64,000 nucleotides of DNA from Patellaria atrata CBS 101060 (lineage: Eukaryota), in assembly GCA_010093705.1 (NCBI GenBank), contig MU006094.1, forward strand, positions 967,550 through 1,031,549, written 5' to 3'. The notes below the pieces were generated by a model that saw only the letters and a list, made by a program, of their open reading frames with translations, was not told where the DNA came from and did no database searches. Positions 27,701 through 40,640 of this stretch are shown piece by piece. Made by a program: the position numbers and the translations under genes. The number at the start of each line of letters is the position of its first letter. Position 1 is the stretch's first letter.

Positions 27701-30529
27701 GATCGTCGGGTGTTCAAGGAAGCACGCGAGGTGTGGAGTCTTGTCACTCTTGTGGGATTTGAGGAAAAAGCCCTTGTGTAACATCTTTAAACAAACTTCG
27801 GGTCACGTTGACGCCCACATGAAGAATCCCAACGCGCTGTTTCGCTCTCGCGTGGCAAAGGCTGGGGAATATACAACAGCAACGGGTCCACATCACCTTA
27901 GCCCAACTTTCTTCATGGATTTCGTCAAATCTATTTCGCACTTGTCTAATCTTGTCAAACGCGTAGCGGCATTAAATAACACTGCAGCACATACCGTGCA
28001 CAGCGGCGATTTACAGGTGTCAAAGTAGAAACTAGGGACTTACGCATAGCAAAGCATAGCAAAGCATATAGTAGGGGGGCCTTTTTTGTATCTCCCCTGG
28101 CTGTGTATTACGCCGCTTTCGCGCCGCTTCCGCTACTTTACATGTACGGAGTAGTTTCTGCTTCCATGTGAGGTTTCTCGAGTCTATTTTATCCAGGATA
28201 GGTAAGCCGAGGAGTAGCCGAAGCGAAAAGCAAGCCCAACGAGAGAAAGGAAGAAGGGACTTCTTCAGACACTCATTCCTTCCCCCCTTGTTCTTTACAA
28301 GTGCAGAAACTCGTCAAGGCTAGCACGCTAGCAAATCCAGCAGGCATGGCCGGGCTGCCCACCTGGCACCTGCCCCCAGAATGCTAGAAGCCTATACGCG
28401 ACCCCGGTTCCTCCGCGTAGCCGTAACCTCATCTAGCCGTCCTTAGCAACGTTTAGCTGCTTTGCAAGCCCCAGGGGTGCTTACCGATCCGGTCCCTCCA
28501 AAAAAGCCACTTTCCCTGCCGCTGGTCTTCCCTTCCTGGACGCTGATCAGACTTTCACAATCCCCAAACCATCCACTTTCATCCAAGAGAGAGTCAGGAC
28601 CTCAGAAACAACCAGGCCGCAGTCACCGCCAACCAGAGAAGAGAGAGAGAGGGAGAGGAAAAAGGCACTTTGACCTTTCATCTCGATCATAATCCATCGT
28701 CGTATCCGCCCGTACCTTACGTGATTTTTTACCTTTTGCTGTTGCGCGCCTTGTTCCCTTGTGCGGCTAAGGCCTTCTTCGCATCACGCTTACTACGGGC
28801 CGAGCAAGCAAGCTCAGGTTCATCATCTTTTTTGTCTCTGATCTTTGTTAATGGGAATTTGCTCACCCAGAATACGGAGGGTACTATACTGTACAAGACC
28901 AGCGCTCGATTGTGACGACGCCACCTGGATCAAAGAGGCGTAAAAGGGTAATGATATTATAATCTGTTACGAAGATAGCGAAGAGCAAGGAGTTTGGGGC
29001 ACCGGGACAGGCATGCTCCCCTGATAAATATGCTATCCAATCCGTCCACTATCACACCTCATCATTCTCTTTACTACTGCTACTTTACTGTGTACTTGCA
29101 TGGGTCCGGTAGTCGTATGCCAGCTGAGTAAAATACGGCTAGCATAGGGTACCGTCGCACCCTCACGCGTCGTTGGTTTTTACCAGTAAGAGTGTGTGGA
29201 GTGGTACTTTCGGCGTTCCGAAGATTGGCCCTTTTTCGCCATCGGACGGAAGTACCGTACGCTACGGTGGTATAAAGCGCTAGAAATACCAGCTGTCAAG
29301 AAAAGTCAACCAGTCAAGGTTGGTGAAGGAGGGAAAAAGCTAGTGAGGAAAGGCCTGCGCAAGCCGTATCCGACCCGCACCAAGTCTAACCATAGCTTGT
29401 AACGCTTCCGTCATAAGGGCATAAAGGCTTTCCATTGAAATCGCATTATTATTATCACACCAACAATCACATTCGCACATGCCGCCTCTACCCTTGGCCT
29501 TTTTTTCTTCTCTCTCTTCTGCACTTTCGGAGGTTTGTTCGCTTGTCGACTAAACTCTTGTTACCTTGGTTCTCTCATCATAGTTGGTCGATCGGGCCAG
29601 TTTACCATACCGAGAGAGAAAGTAGCAAAGTACTGTAGGGGTATCAAGGGCAAGTCGGAGTTCGACAAGTGCCTTTACTACTGTACTACTGTACCCGTAC
29701 CGTACAGTATACCCTTTAATAGCACCAAAGCAGGAGCCCCCAGGCCGAAAAACCCCCCCAATCCCCCATCCCCCCAGGCCCCAGCAGAAAACAGCAGGCC
29801 CAGCAAGAAGCAGCAAGGCCCAGCAGGTCTTAAGACGGTAGGCACGGACTTGGGCTTATTAGCGTTTTGGTTGTGAGGTTTGTGGGAGGGCAAAGCCGCA
29901 TCTAAAATACCAGCGACCCCACCGCTGGATCTGGGACGTCCCCTTCGCCTCCCTACTGTCGGTTCTTCTCTGACAACAATTCACTTGCAAAACTCCATAA
30001 CCGCCTGTCACCACAAGAAACTCTCCAAACGACTGGATACCATCACATCTGCATCTCAGACATCTTGCAGCCTCTTTTCCTCCAATAACAATCTACCCTT
30101 CCATATTTCCGACTCTCCCCCACCATCCTCGTCGTCACTTTCGCCATCCCGTAAGTTGCGTTCCAGTAAATCTGTCCGTCACGTTTTCTTTCCGCTGCCT
30201 GTCATCACCCACCCTTCGAAACCTATTCCCACCTGTAACCCCAGCATACAACTATCAGAGTTTTTTCCCCTTTGACCGGAACTCTACTACTACTGGCATA
30301 TCATGTAAAAAAGGGTAAATGCGCTCTTTAGTTCTTTTTAAATAAACATACCCTGATTGTCTCCCGCTCCCGTCTTTGCATCACCTTGCTGACACGAACT
30401 CTTCCCCCATCTTGCAGGCTGCATATAGATCAACATAAACTTGTGGCCCTCCCACCGTTCGTGCAACCTTTCACACGATTCGAATCGACCTTCCGTTTTT
30501 TTACCGGCTCTTATTTCAGCCTCAGTGTT

Positions 30530-30547
30530 ATGATCTGCGTTGCTTAA
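30530..30547 (+). promoter_or_regulatory. candidate uORF (MICVA*) in the transcription factor leader
   Basis: ATG ATC TGC GTT GCT TAA lies between a putative 5'UTR intron (30151-30417) and the main ATG at 30614. Confidence 0.35.
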
Positions 30548-30613
30548 AGTACTGAGTTACAAGGCGGTATATAAGGCGATTTGGTGACTCTCGTCCCACA
30601 ATCTCACACTCAA

Positions 30614-32109
30614 ATGTACCCTCATCATTCGAGTACATCCGGACAGCCTCCATCTTGGAACACAACACCTCCAGTATCTCAAACTTCCTCAGCTGCTCCA
30701 AACGCTTCTTATCCACCTCCCCCCGGCTCATATCTTCCACCACCTCATCACACTCAAGTAAGTACAATACTATTGAAGATCTCAGTCCTTAACAATCCTC
30801 CGTATGGACCCGGCTTACCCATCTGATCAGCCGGCTCCCACTCCGCAACACTCAAGTATGGCCTCGACATATCCTCCACCTCATTCTGCTCAGCAACCAT
30901 ATCTACCATCTCCACACCAGTTATATCAAGACCAGTACCGTTCACAACCGCCTCCTTCAACTCACCCGCAATATTTAAATCATCAGTATCAGACAGCACA
31001 CGAACGGCAACCGCCACAGCAACCTGGAGCACGACAGAGGACTGCAATCGCATGTCGATACTGCAGAAGACGCAAGGTATTTCGTTTTGCATGCCAAGTC
31101 ATTTCACCGCCTCCTGACCGCTCATCCTTTGCAGATCCGATGTTCGGGCTTCGATGCGAATGAGGATGGACGTTGCACCAATTGTGTACGTTTTTCCCAA
31201 GAATGCGTTTTCACACCAGTTTCGGCGCAGACGCAAGCTTTCGTTCCCGCGCACGCTGCAGCGTATCGTGGTAATGGACCACTTCAGTACTTTGGACCTC
31301 ATGGAAACCCCCTTCCACGAGAAGAACAGCTGCGGATACACCAACAGCAGCAGCAGCAGCAGGCGGGTTATGCTCTCCCGAGCCCAACAGGTCCGTACAG
31401 TACCACCGCCCCTCCAAATGTTTCATACCCACCCTTCCCTGCCTACGACGACCGGAGCAGCCGTGACGTTCCGCCCCCCAGCTCAGCTTCTAGCGTGACA
31501 AGCACTAGCAGCCGCAAACGACCTGCCGACTCTCCTCATACGCCCACTCTTCCACCCCCAAATCCAGCGACGACGTCACAGCTGCCCGGTCCACGATCAG
31601 GCTCTTCACATGATGCTCACCCCACTCATGCATATCCCCCTCCTCCTTCAACTCATCAACATTACACTTATCCCGATCCCACCTCTCTAACCCCCGCCGC
31701 CGTGTCTCCAGCGTCGTCCGCCGCCTCCTATCACTCCAACGTCCACCCACCGCCGGGTGCTCAACCCCTGGCACAACCTTACTATGCGCCTCCTCCCCCG
31801 TCCACGACCAACGCAAACAGCATACCCATCCAACGTAGAGCGTCACCCCAGAGTCCGTATAGCTACGATCCCAGTCGCACGAGCTCATCGCCGCACACCC
31901 AAGGTGCACCAAGCACCCCCGGTACGAGCGCCAGCGCATATCATGATAGCGGATTAAGGCCACTAATTCGCTCTGATGGACGTACTCCACCTCCAAGCAA
32001 CGGGACAAGACCGGGTATCAGCATTTCCAGCATCGTAACGAATGATTCAGGCGGGAGAAGCGCGGCTGATAGTGACATGCTCAATGCGTTAAACAGGAGG
32101 GGTATGTAA
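30614..32109 (+). CDS. Zn(II)2Cys6 transcription factor, Pro/Gln-rich (tentatively McrA-like)
   Basis: RQRTAIACRYCRRRK|IRCSGFDANEDGRCTNCVRFSQEC fits CX2CX6CX10CX2CX6C. Introns at about 30758-30830 and 31077-31134. The McrA resemblance is from memory and unverified. Confidence 0.9.
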
Positions 32110-34118
32110 ATGCGGCGCAACTGGTGGTAAAAGTGCATTTGCAAGGGATCAAATGTTGAAATGGAGTAATAGGAAAGAGAAAGGTGCAATCTGTTCTGAG
32201 TGGGAGATCGGGGAAACCAGAGCTGGCTCTCCGGCTTCTTCGTTTCTTAAATTCACATATACTATCAATTCGCGACCTTTAAGCTCAAAGTTCTCGATTC
32301 GGAAGTAACATGGGGACTCAAGCCATCGAATGATGCTTCCATCCTTTCATCAGCCGAAAAAGGAAGTCACCACGCACGCTAGCTTCGATAAGGTCAAGAT
32401 TGAACATATGAGAATGCTTTCTCGAATCTATTTTTTCCACGGATACACTTCAGAAGCCAAAATTCACCACCGGCTCTCATCTTTTCTTTCTGTTTTTTCT
32501 TTAAATGGGCGGCTCTTATTTGCAGCGACTTCTGTCATTTCCCCGCGTTTTCATCTTTCCATCGTCGGTTCACTTGCTATTCCCACTCCACACGCGCGCG
32601 CTATCGTTCTTCAGGGTGGTACATCTGTCTCAGTTTTATAAGTTTTCGCACGCGTGCACACAAGTTTGTTAAGGGGGGGATTTTATATTTCCGAACTATA
32701 AATCGGGGATTTGGGGGGGGAGGGTTGGTATTACACTGCTTTTAATCTTTCCTCGAATGGTAAAAGCGGGTAGGGGGCCGGGGGCTTTTTGTTGGTTTTG
32801 ATTTTTTTTTTTTTTTTTTGTTTTTTTGTTTTTTTACCTCATAGCGTAGTGTTGCTGCTGTTACGAGTGGTGCGGGGGCTGCTTTTGCTTTGCGTGTTTT
32901 TGTTGGTTTTCGAGGATTGAGCATATCTGGTTTTTATTTTGTTGGTTGGTGGGTGAAGCGGAGTGGATGGAGTGGAAATGATGTACTGTCATTATAATAG
33001 TGGGATTTATTCTTGCTGACGTTATCTGTTGTGTTTCATGGTCGGAATCGAGCAGCGTTGTTGTTGTTGTGTGGCTGTTCTGTGGCCGTGAGTGACCGGT
33101 CCGACATAGTAGGAAGTTGTGGAGAGCGAGCGAACGTAATGTTGTTGCCGTCATACATGTGTGCATTTGAGCTTCATCCTTTGACTTTTTTGCATGAAAG
33201 CTGGTTTTCTATCCCAGGTGAACTCTGCCCGAGGAATATGACGGATGTACAATTCAATACAGTTCGAAACTAACTTCCCACGTGATCTATCTCCGCTTCG
33301 AAAACTCGAATCTGTACAACCCAATATCCCATCCTCTCCCTTGTAGCAAAACATGCAGACCCCTCGCCATGCAACCTTAAAGGTTCCCCACGTGCACTGT
33401 ACGGTACTCACAAAAGCAAAAAATAAAAATAAAAATAAAAATAGTAACGGACCGGTACCGTATTAGGGCGACGACCATGGCAACCAACAATAACAGCGGG
33501 AGAGCGGGAAGCGGGAAGGGCGGGAAGAGGGAGGAGGGGAAGTGGGTATAGCACGGATCGGGACGGCGATGCGAGATGCGAGACGATCAAACGTCGGGGT
33601 TGTCGACTTCACGCTGGCCCCGGAATTAGGAGAAATGGCGAGGTCGGAGGTCGAGACTGTACGGAGTTCAGGATGATTGTTTTTCGCGGAGACGGGAGCG
33701 GGAGTGGGGACGACGAGTGACTCGATACGATATGACTTGATATGACTTGATTGTCCCGGCCTCCCCGATCCCCGTTTTTGGTGGAGTTGGATGGTGGGGT
33801 TGTGGTGGGCTGGGACGTGGGTGCTGGGTTACGTGGATAGGTTCGGGTATGTAGATGGGTTCGGGTTTCGTGGATGGGGGTTAATTTCTTTTTTTTTTTT
33901 TTGGGGGGGGGGGGTTGGGACCGGGTTTGTTTTTGCTGCTCCTCTAGGAACGGGGGGAGGTCAGGGTTGATGTGGTATACCGCGTTCTGCGTGCGTAATC
34001 TAGGTTGGGATCTGGGGGTGTGGTCTGCCGTTTTCTTTGTCGTGTGGCCTAGAGGTTGGTATTGAGGAAGTGTGAGTATGGGTCGATGGTAAAGTTGGTA
34101 TGCTGGGGGGGAAGGGGA

Positions 34119-34197
34119 TATTGGGGATGGGGGTGTATTGGGGATAGGGGTGTATTAGGGATAGAGGTGTATTAGAGATAGGGGTGTATTAGGGATA
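34119..34197. repeat. 17 bp G-rich minisatellite, about 4.6 copies
   Basis: Units: tattggggatgggggtg / tattggggataggggtg / tattagggatagaggtg / tattagagataggggtg / tattagggata. Confidence 0.85.
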
Positions 34198-35771
34198 TGG
34201 GCTTATAGATGCATGAGGGTATGGGCATAGGTGAGAAGAAGGGTAAGGGGGACTACTACACTTAAGGTGCTCAGATAGAAGTTTTGGTCATTCACACTCT
34301 CTTGTTGATATGGAATAGGGCTGTGTTGTCGATTGTTTCGTAGGTTTCTTTACCGTCTCCCTCTCTCTCCCCCTCTCCTTCTCAATGTCTTTTCTCATAG
34401 TGGCTAGCTGTACTCATACTTCCTCTTTTTTCATCCCCTTTTTCCACCACTCATCTCCGTTCCCTCACATTACTGTCTGAAGATTGCTCCCGTGTGGGCC
34501 ACACGAGGATATCATCGCTCCTAAGTCGTGGAAGGGGGTGATATGTACAGTACCCGGGAAGAGTGAGTTGGTGGGGGAGAAAGTAAGGACGTAACTACGA
34601 GTCCTCCTCTTCGTCTTCTTCGTCTTCTTTTCTTTGTTGTCCAGATCTGACTCTAGTTCTGAGTCTGATTCTGGCTATGCTTCTGGGTCTGTGTTTGAGT
34701 AGGGATACATATGATTTGATTCCATACGACACTACTACAACAGCCACGGTCTACAGTTCGGGATACAGTTCGGTCCATGGTTCGGGATAGGGATTGTATA
34801 GGGATTGCGTAGAGCTCTCTGGATTTATCGCGTTCGGTGGTGTGTTTGAGTAAAATCTGCGGATACTGTCTGGTAAGAATGCTGTGGTATATGATTGGTA
34901 TGTGTAAAACTGTGTGGTTGGATGGAGATAGGGAATATGGTATGGAGTCCGGTTTAGTTTAGAATTTACGTGTTGCATTTCTTTTCATATCAGGGGTGGG
35001 ATTGGTATTCTAGTTTGAATATGTAATTGAGTAGGGTAAGGAGAGAGGTTGGGTGGTGGCTTTTACTATTATAGGTAGGTGAGGATGGGATGAAAATTGG
35101 AGAAGGGGAGAAAGTGAAAAGAGATGTTAAACGTCTAACATAGTGAGGTACTTTGGAACTTTTCGCTGGTTGGGGTGGGATGTGGTGTATCCCTTTCCTT
35201 AAGCTTGGAGATAAAGCTAAGGTTCGAGAAGGGAGTGTGGGAGGTGATGGGATTCCGAGTATGGTGTTGGATAGATGGTTGTAGGACAGATTGTAGACCA
35301 TGTAAGGAAGTTAGATCTATCAATGTGTTATGTGAACATCTTTGCCCTGTTGGGCTTGTGGCTCGTTGTTAGGCCACTGGAGATTTGTACCGGGCTGGAT
35401 ATGGGTTGGGATAAGCTGCTTTTTGGACAGTGTGTAATGGGTAGCGCATGGTGTATGTGTTTGTAGAGTCAGTCGATATCTGATAGTGTGGTTGTCCCCG
35501 AATACTCTAGAGCTGTCTATGCGTTTGCGAATTTTGTGGGTATGGGAATAGGGGTTGGTGAGGGTATGTATCCCTGATTAGCACCATCAACATGCAAGAA
35601 TCAATAATTTGGTCTGGTCCAGTGAATGGTATGTTGCTCCGGCTGGCATAGAAAGGTGGTTGTTGAGACGTGATAAAACTTACATTCGCCCGACCTTCCT
35701 TTTCTTTTACCACTTACACGGAGTGAGTGATGTATCCTTGGAAGAGAGGAGACGAGGGAGAGTACAGGATG

Positions 35772-35823
35772 AGCAGGGATAGAATAAGCAGGGACAGAAT
35801 AAGCAGGGATAGAATAAGCAGGG
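35772..35823. repeat. 15 bp tandem repeat, about 3.5 copies
   Basis: Unit agcagggayagaata. Confidence 0.85.
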
Positions 35824-36540
35824 TGTACAGATATGCAAAGGATACGGAAAGTCTCACAAAGTGGAAGCATCCGTGTGTAAAAGGGAACCAGACATGAACC
35901 TGAGAGGAGACGACTAGACGCTAGAGTGTAGTGATTGAAAGGATAGGATGATGAAAAGCTGAGTGCTGTGCATCGTTATCATCCTCGCGGATGCCTCTTC
36001 ATTCCGAGCCATAAGGATCTATTATAGCTCAATCAGAAGGGTCTCGAGAAGGGGATACAGTAATCCCAGAGTGATATGGCGAATCAAAAGATACTGTAAC
36101 ATACACCACAACTATTAGATGTTGCCCAGTGTCCGAGCGATAGTAAGGAAAGGGAATGAAAGGCGATATAGCACGACTGTATTCATCTACAAGAGCTACA
36201 CAGCAGCGCGTATCGAATTTTCGTAGTCCATAAACAAGACTACGCTCGATCACCAATGATATCCTACATAAGTGAAGAGTTTTAACCTAGCTAGCAAGAG
36301 GGTATCTAGCATTCCCTGGCGCCCTTTTTAATGCCCGAAACCTAACCGACTTCATAAGCCATGCTCCCTGATTCCTTTTCTGAAGATCGAAAACGCCTTA
36401 CGCCGAACCGAAAACCTATCCTGATGCTCATCCATGACATATCTAGCGACTTGTTATACAAGCCAACACCAAATATTCGTAACTCATCCGGGCCGCGCTA
36501 AAGGATGCTAAATACGAGACCCTTCCATCGTACACTTAAC

Positions 36541-39057
36541 CTAATAAATCTCAATTAGACTGTCACTCCCCGTTCCTGCACTTGTTTCACAGATTCCTCC
36601 AGAACCCGCAGTCGGTTGGTTCCTGATGCCGGGAGTTGCAGGCACCGACGCAGTACCGCCAGATGACGGGCGGGACCGTGAGATAGTGATAAGCTTGGGT
36701 CTAGCAGAGAGCGTCATCGGCTGGAGAGGGGGTGTCAAGCCTGTTCGAGTGGTAGTATGGCCGTAAGGCCGTGGTTCTCGCTTTTCTGGATACGACGAAA
36801 GTGATTTCCGCTCTTGATATTCCTCTGTGAGATCGATTACATCATGTTTGTCGGACGTAAGCTCATAGGCATTGCGTCGAGCACTTCCCCCCACACTCCT
36901 TTGTGGGACGTCCGCATCCTCGGTGAGATCATAAAACTGCGCCTCTTCCTCGTTGGTAATATCTGCCATACTGCCCATTTTCTGCTTTGCTTTCTTCATC
37001 CACCTTCCTCAGAATGCCGACAATATGTTCTAGGAAGATTTTCCAAATGCTCGGAGGTATGGCATTCCCGATCTGTTCCCTTACCTTCGTTTTCGACATA
37101 TCCGATGGGTATTTATGAAAATCTAGAAAGCCATTAAAACGTGCCAGTTTCCGATTTGTCCATCCACGCCTCCCGCCGTGATGATTCACTAACTTCCCGC
37201 TGCAAAATACCACCACAAGTAATGGTTGGCATAATATGTTTCTTAGGATCCCATACTTGGAAGTTACCGCGAGGCGCCGCGGCTATATCGTGATGATTAG
37301 AATTGGGAGGGATCTGGTATGGAAAATATAACGCATCATGTATGGTATGTGGTGGGCGAAGGATCCGGTCGTAACCTTTGGTCAGATTGTGCGTTTCGGG
37401 AGGAAAGTTCGGCTGTGGCTCACCCGGGCTGTGGTAGTTAGTAACAACGACTTTGGGGAACTTTGTAGATGGACATGAAGACTCACGCTGTTGCGATTAT
37501 CACTAATCGTTTTCTGTCCTGCGGCAGCCCGTACGCACAGAGGTTAATAACCTAAAATGCTACAGTGTAACCGAGGGAGATGAAATCCCCAATCAAGATG
37601 TTGAAGTAATTTGCGTGTCTTATTATTAGTCCGTCCGTCTGCTCCAGAATTACAACGCGTGGCCTTAGTTTCTCAACGATAGGTTTAATGGTGTACAGAG
37701 CTCTCCTGTTATCATCATCGTTCTTCTCTCTTTCCGGATTTCTGGCGTACAGATCCGCTGCTCTTTTCCGATATTTCATCCCTTTTAACCAATTGGCATG
37801 CGAAAAGTATTTGCAAGGAGGTGATAGGTGTAAAATATCACAGCTTCCTGAGAATGGATAATATATGAACGCCTCAGCGTTCATAGTAAATAGCTTTGCT
37901 TTCTGGAAATTCAGTTTATAAGATCTGCATACTTCGTGGCTGTTATCCATAGCGAAGAGAACGCGTATATCGGCCATCTCTGCTCCGCGGGATGCTCTTC
38001 CTGAGCAGCAGAACATGTCTGCGAATGTGTACTTCTGAGGCACATTTTGTTTGATCGGAACCCGTCGCTGCGAAGTATTTGCGTGTTGTTCCGCACCTAC
38101 GGCCTCCGTGGAGTAACGTCTAATGCCGACTAATATTCTTCTGATTGACCTATGTTTCTGTTTGTGGAATGGAATGTATTGGCTTCATGCGGTCGAATTC
38201 TCCGAAATACGCGCATATGGTCCTTACTGTTCGCCTTCTTCTCGATGGCATTCTTGTACATGGACATGCAGACATAGCGACATACGAGCTTGTAATTGTC
38301 CATGATATGCTGTTTCACGTTTGGTTCCTTGTCATCCCATCGGCTTGGATATTCGAATCGCTCAGCCGAGAAATCTAAAGAAGTTATTGTTAGAGTCCGT
38401 TTCTTAACAAGCCTCTTCAACCTAATGTCAGTCATTCCGTCCCCAATCGTACTGCTCGAATTACTCCCATAAACTTGGAGAATTAGGATAACTTCGTTAA
38501 GTTTCCTTGGAGGCATTGCCCCAAAACCACGAGTTCACTTGAATAAGTGCCCTCGTAGAAATATTTCCCCATTCATATCATTCTGAAAAATGTATCTGAT
38601 TTTAAGAAAATTATCACGCCGGGAATTGATTGTGTATTCCACGGCCAAGCCAGGGTATAAGTTGATACCATTGTACTGGTATGAGTCTATTGGGGTATGT
38701 TGGAAATACATCGAAGGATTATGGAAAGCCAACTCGGCCGCGGGCGTTGGATCTGTTCGGTTCTGGTCATGGAATCGCGAGTTCCGCAGAGTTGCTTCGT
38801 ACATTTCTTTTGGGATCTCGTCAATTTCATCATCAGAATTCCTGATCGACAGATCTTGTTCTAATTCAGACGACAGATCCTGGACTTCATCATCGGAATC
38901 TAAATCTCATATGTGGGGCTCTGGTGCGCGTGAAGGGTCATTAAAAGGCCCATCGATTTTTGTGCGCTTCGGCTGGTTTTTCAAATTCAGATTATTGACT
39001 CATTTGATTTGGAAGATGTACTGTACTTACGAGTTTGGAAGACATCATCTTCTTCAT
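36541..39057 (-). pseudogene. rid: RID/Masc1/DmtA-family C5-cytosine DNA methyltransferase, disrupted
   Basis: Motif I YTFADMFCCSGRASRGA, motif IV DILHLSPPC, family-diagnostic motif VI LEQT, motif VIII YGLPQDRKRL, TITCGG and motif X QIGNAIPP. Introns at 38973-39030 and 37429-37486. In-frame stops at 38907-38909, 38535-38537 and 37552-37554; frameshifts near 38135-38185 and 37200-37210. Confidence 0.88.
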
Positions 39058-40640
39058 CGTCTAGGATGCGTATGGGCTTGTTCGAACTAATATTTTGAAA
39101 TCCGGAGAGACTAAATCTTGTTGACAGAAAGAAACAGACAAACGGTGCGATGCTGACACTTCGCAGAAACGATGACTGCTTGGATAGAAAACTCGCGACA
39201 ACGAGTCAGTAACTCAAGGTAGGTCTTATTCCATGTTGATTGTTCAGTCAAAGAAAGAAACGAAGTAGGACTAAGCCTTGAAGGCTGTTTGACAAACAGA
39301 GAAGGTTGACTTGTTGAAACGGTCTGGTCGTCAAATAGAACTCGGGCGGGGACTTCCACCTGACCTTGACGGAAGAGACAAATAATCATGGGTCAAGATG
39401 ATTCCACCTTGTCGAACGGCTTCCATTTGGTTGTGTTAGTCTGAACACTTTAGAATTGACGTGCAGAAATAATAAAAGAATTAATCGACAAGTAAATAGA
39501 ATAGACATCACGTGAGACGGTAGATCTCTACGTAGTTTGATCAAGATTGTGATACATCACAACATATATACAGAGGAACAGAGTACTTCAAAATTGGGGC
39601 TACCTAATATACCATCGCGATGAGAAGTGGCTTACACGTGATGGGAACTCATGCTCTTCTACACAGTGGTCTCTGCACCTCGAGGCAAGTATATGCTCGA
39701 AGAACGCATCATATATAGGCAATGGCCAAAGTACTCCAGGGAAAGATTGCGAATATCGGTATTCTTCCTGCGGACACAATACAATATGGTACAGAATATT
39801 ACTCTCAAAGGAGGTCCGTTCTGAAGAAGACCCCATCAGCAATGCTAAGAACAACTCAATTCATAGTCTGTTCAAATGATTGCTCAATTTATGTGTGGAA
39901 TCAGCTGAACCCATGCCGGTAGAGATGGATAGACGAGAAGGAATGCTAAGAGACGGTATGGTTGTATTATTCGGCAACTAGTACCGGTTAGACCTTGATT
40001 GTCATATGCCAACATATAATGACATATCAAACCGCTATTTACAATCGGATGAACATCATACTCTACGGTGATACATGTAATGGTAACGTCGAAGCATCGC
40101 AAACAACGAGATGTAATCGCAGGAAGAGTAGTGGGTAGAAGGAGGAGGGTGATGAACATGTATAATTCCTGCATTCAACGCTCCATAGAGAAAAACCAAG
40201 GGATGTGAATGGAACGGGTGGGATTGAGAAATTGTCTGCTTATCAAGAGGAGGTGTAGTTGAAGTGAAGGGAGATCGCGTTAAAGTGTGGCGGGATATGA
40301 GTGCACGGGCCAGTGCCGTTTATGAACCAATCGGTGTGGGCAGGGAAGCTGCGGCAAAATCTTTCAGAGCGAAAAAACATCTAAATTGATCATGGAGAAG
40401 GTTTTCCCAAAAATTACTTCTAACAATGGGTTTGCATTTCGACCGTACAATCGAGAAGATCCTCTACCCTCTTTTACATCATCAACACATCTATCCTCCC
40501 TGATCGAACCATCCTAGATCCTATGCGAACCTGACCTATCTCTAAGTTCCTGCTGCCCGAAGCTATCGATATCATTTGAGGGAGATCACATATTGTAAGT
40601 CTCAGTGCCCCTTACCACTATGGCAGTGAACCCTATTCTC

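Noticed and set aside
22026..30275. Many 60-140 aa ORFs in the long intergenic region
   Set aside because: No motifs, no consistent splice structure and many non-ATG starts, as expected by chance.
32795..33920. Poly-T, (TAAAAA)n and poly-G runs downstream of the transcription factor
   Set aside because: Ordinary simple sequence repeats.
37552..38909. rid stops as A-to-I editing-corrected premature stop codons, as described for some sexual-stage genes in Sordariomycetes
   Set aside because: Editing yields Trp, but two of the stops align to Arg or Lys/Gln-type positions, and frameshifts cannot be repaired by editing.
38590..39090. 166 aa plus-strand ORF
   Set aside because: Antisense shadow of the rid N-terminal region with no independent motif.
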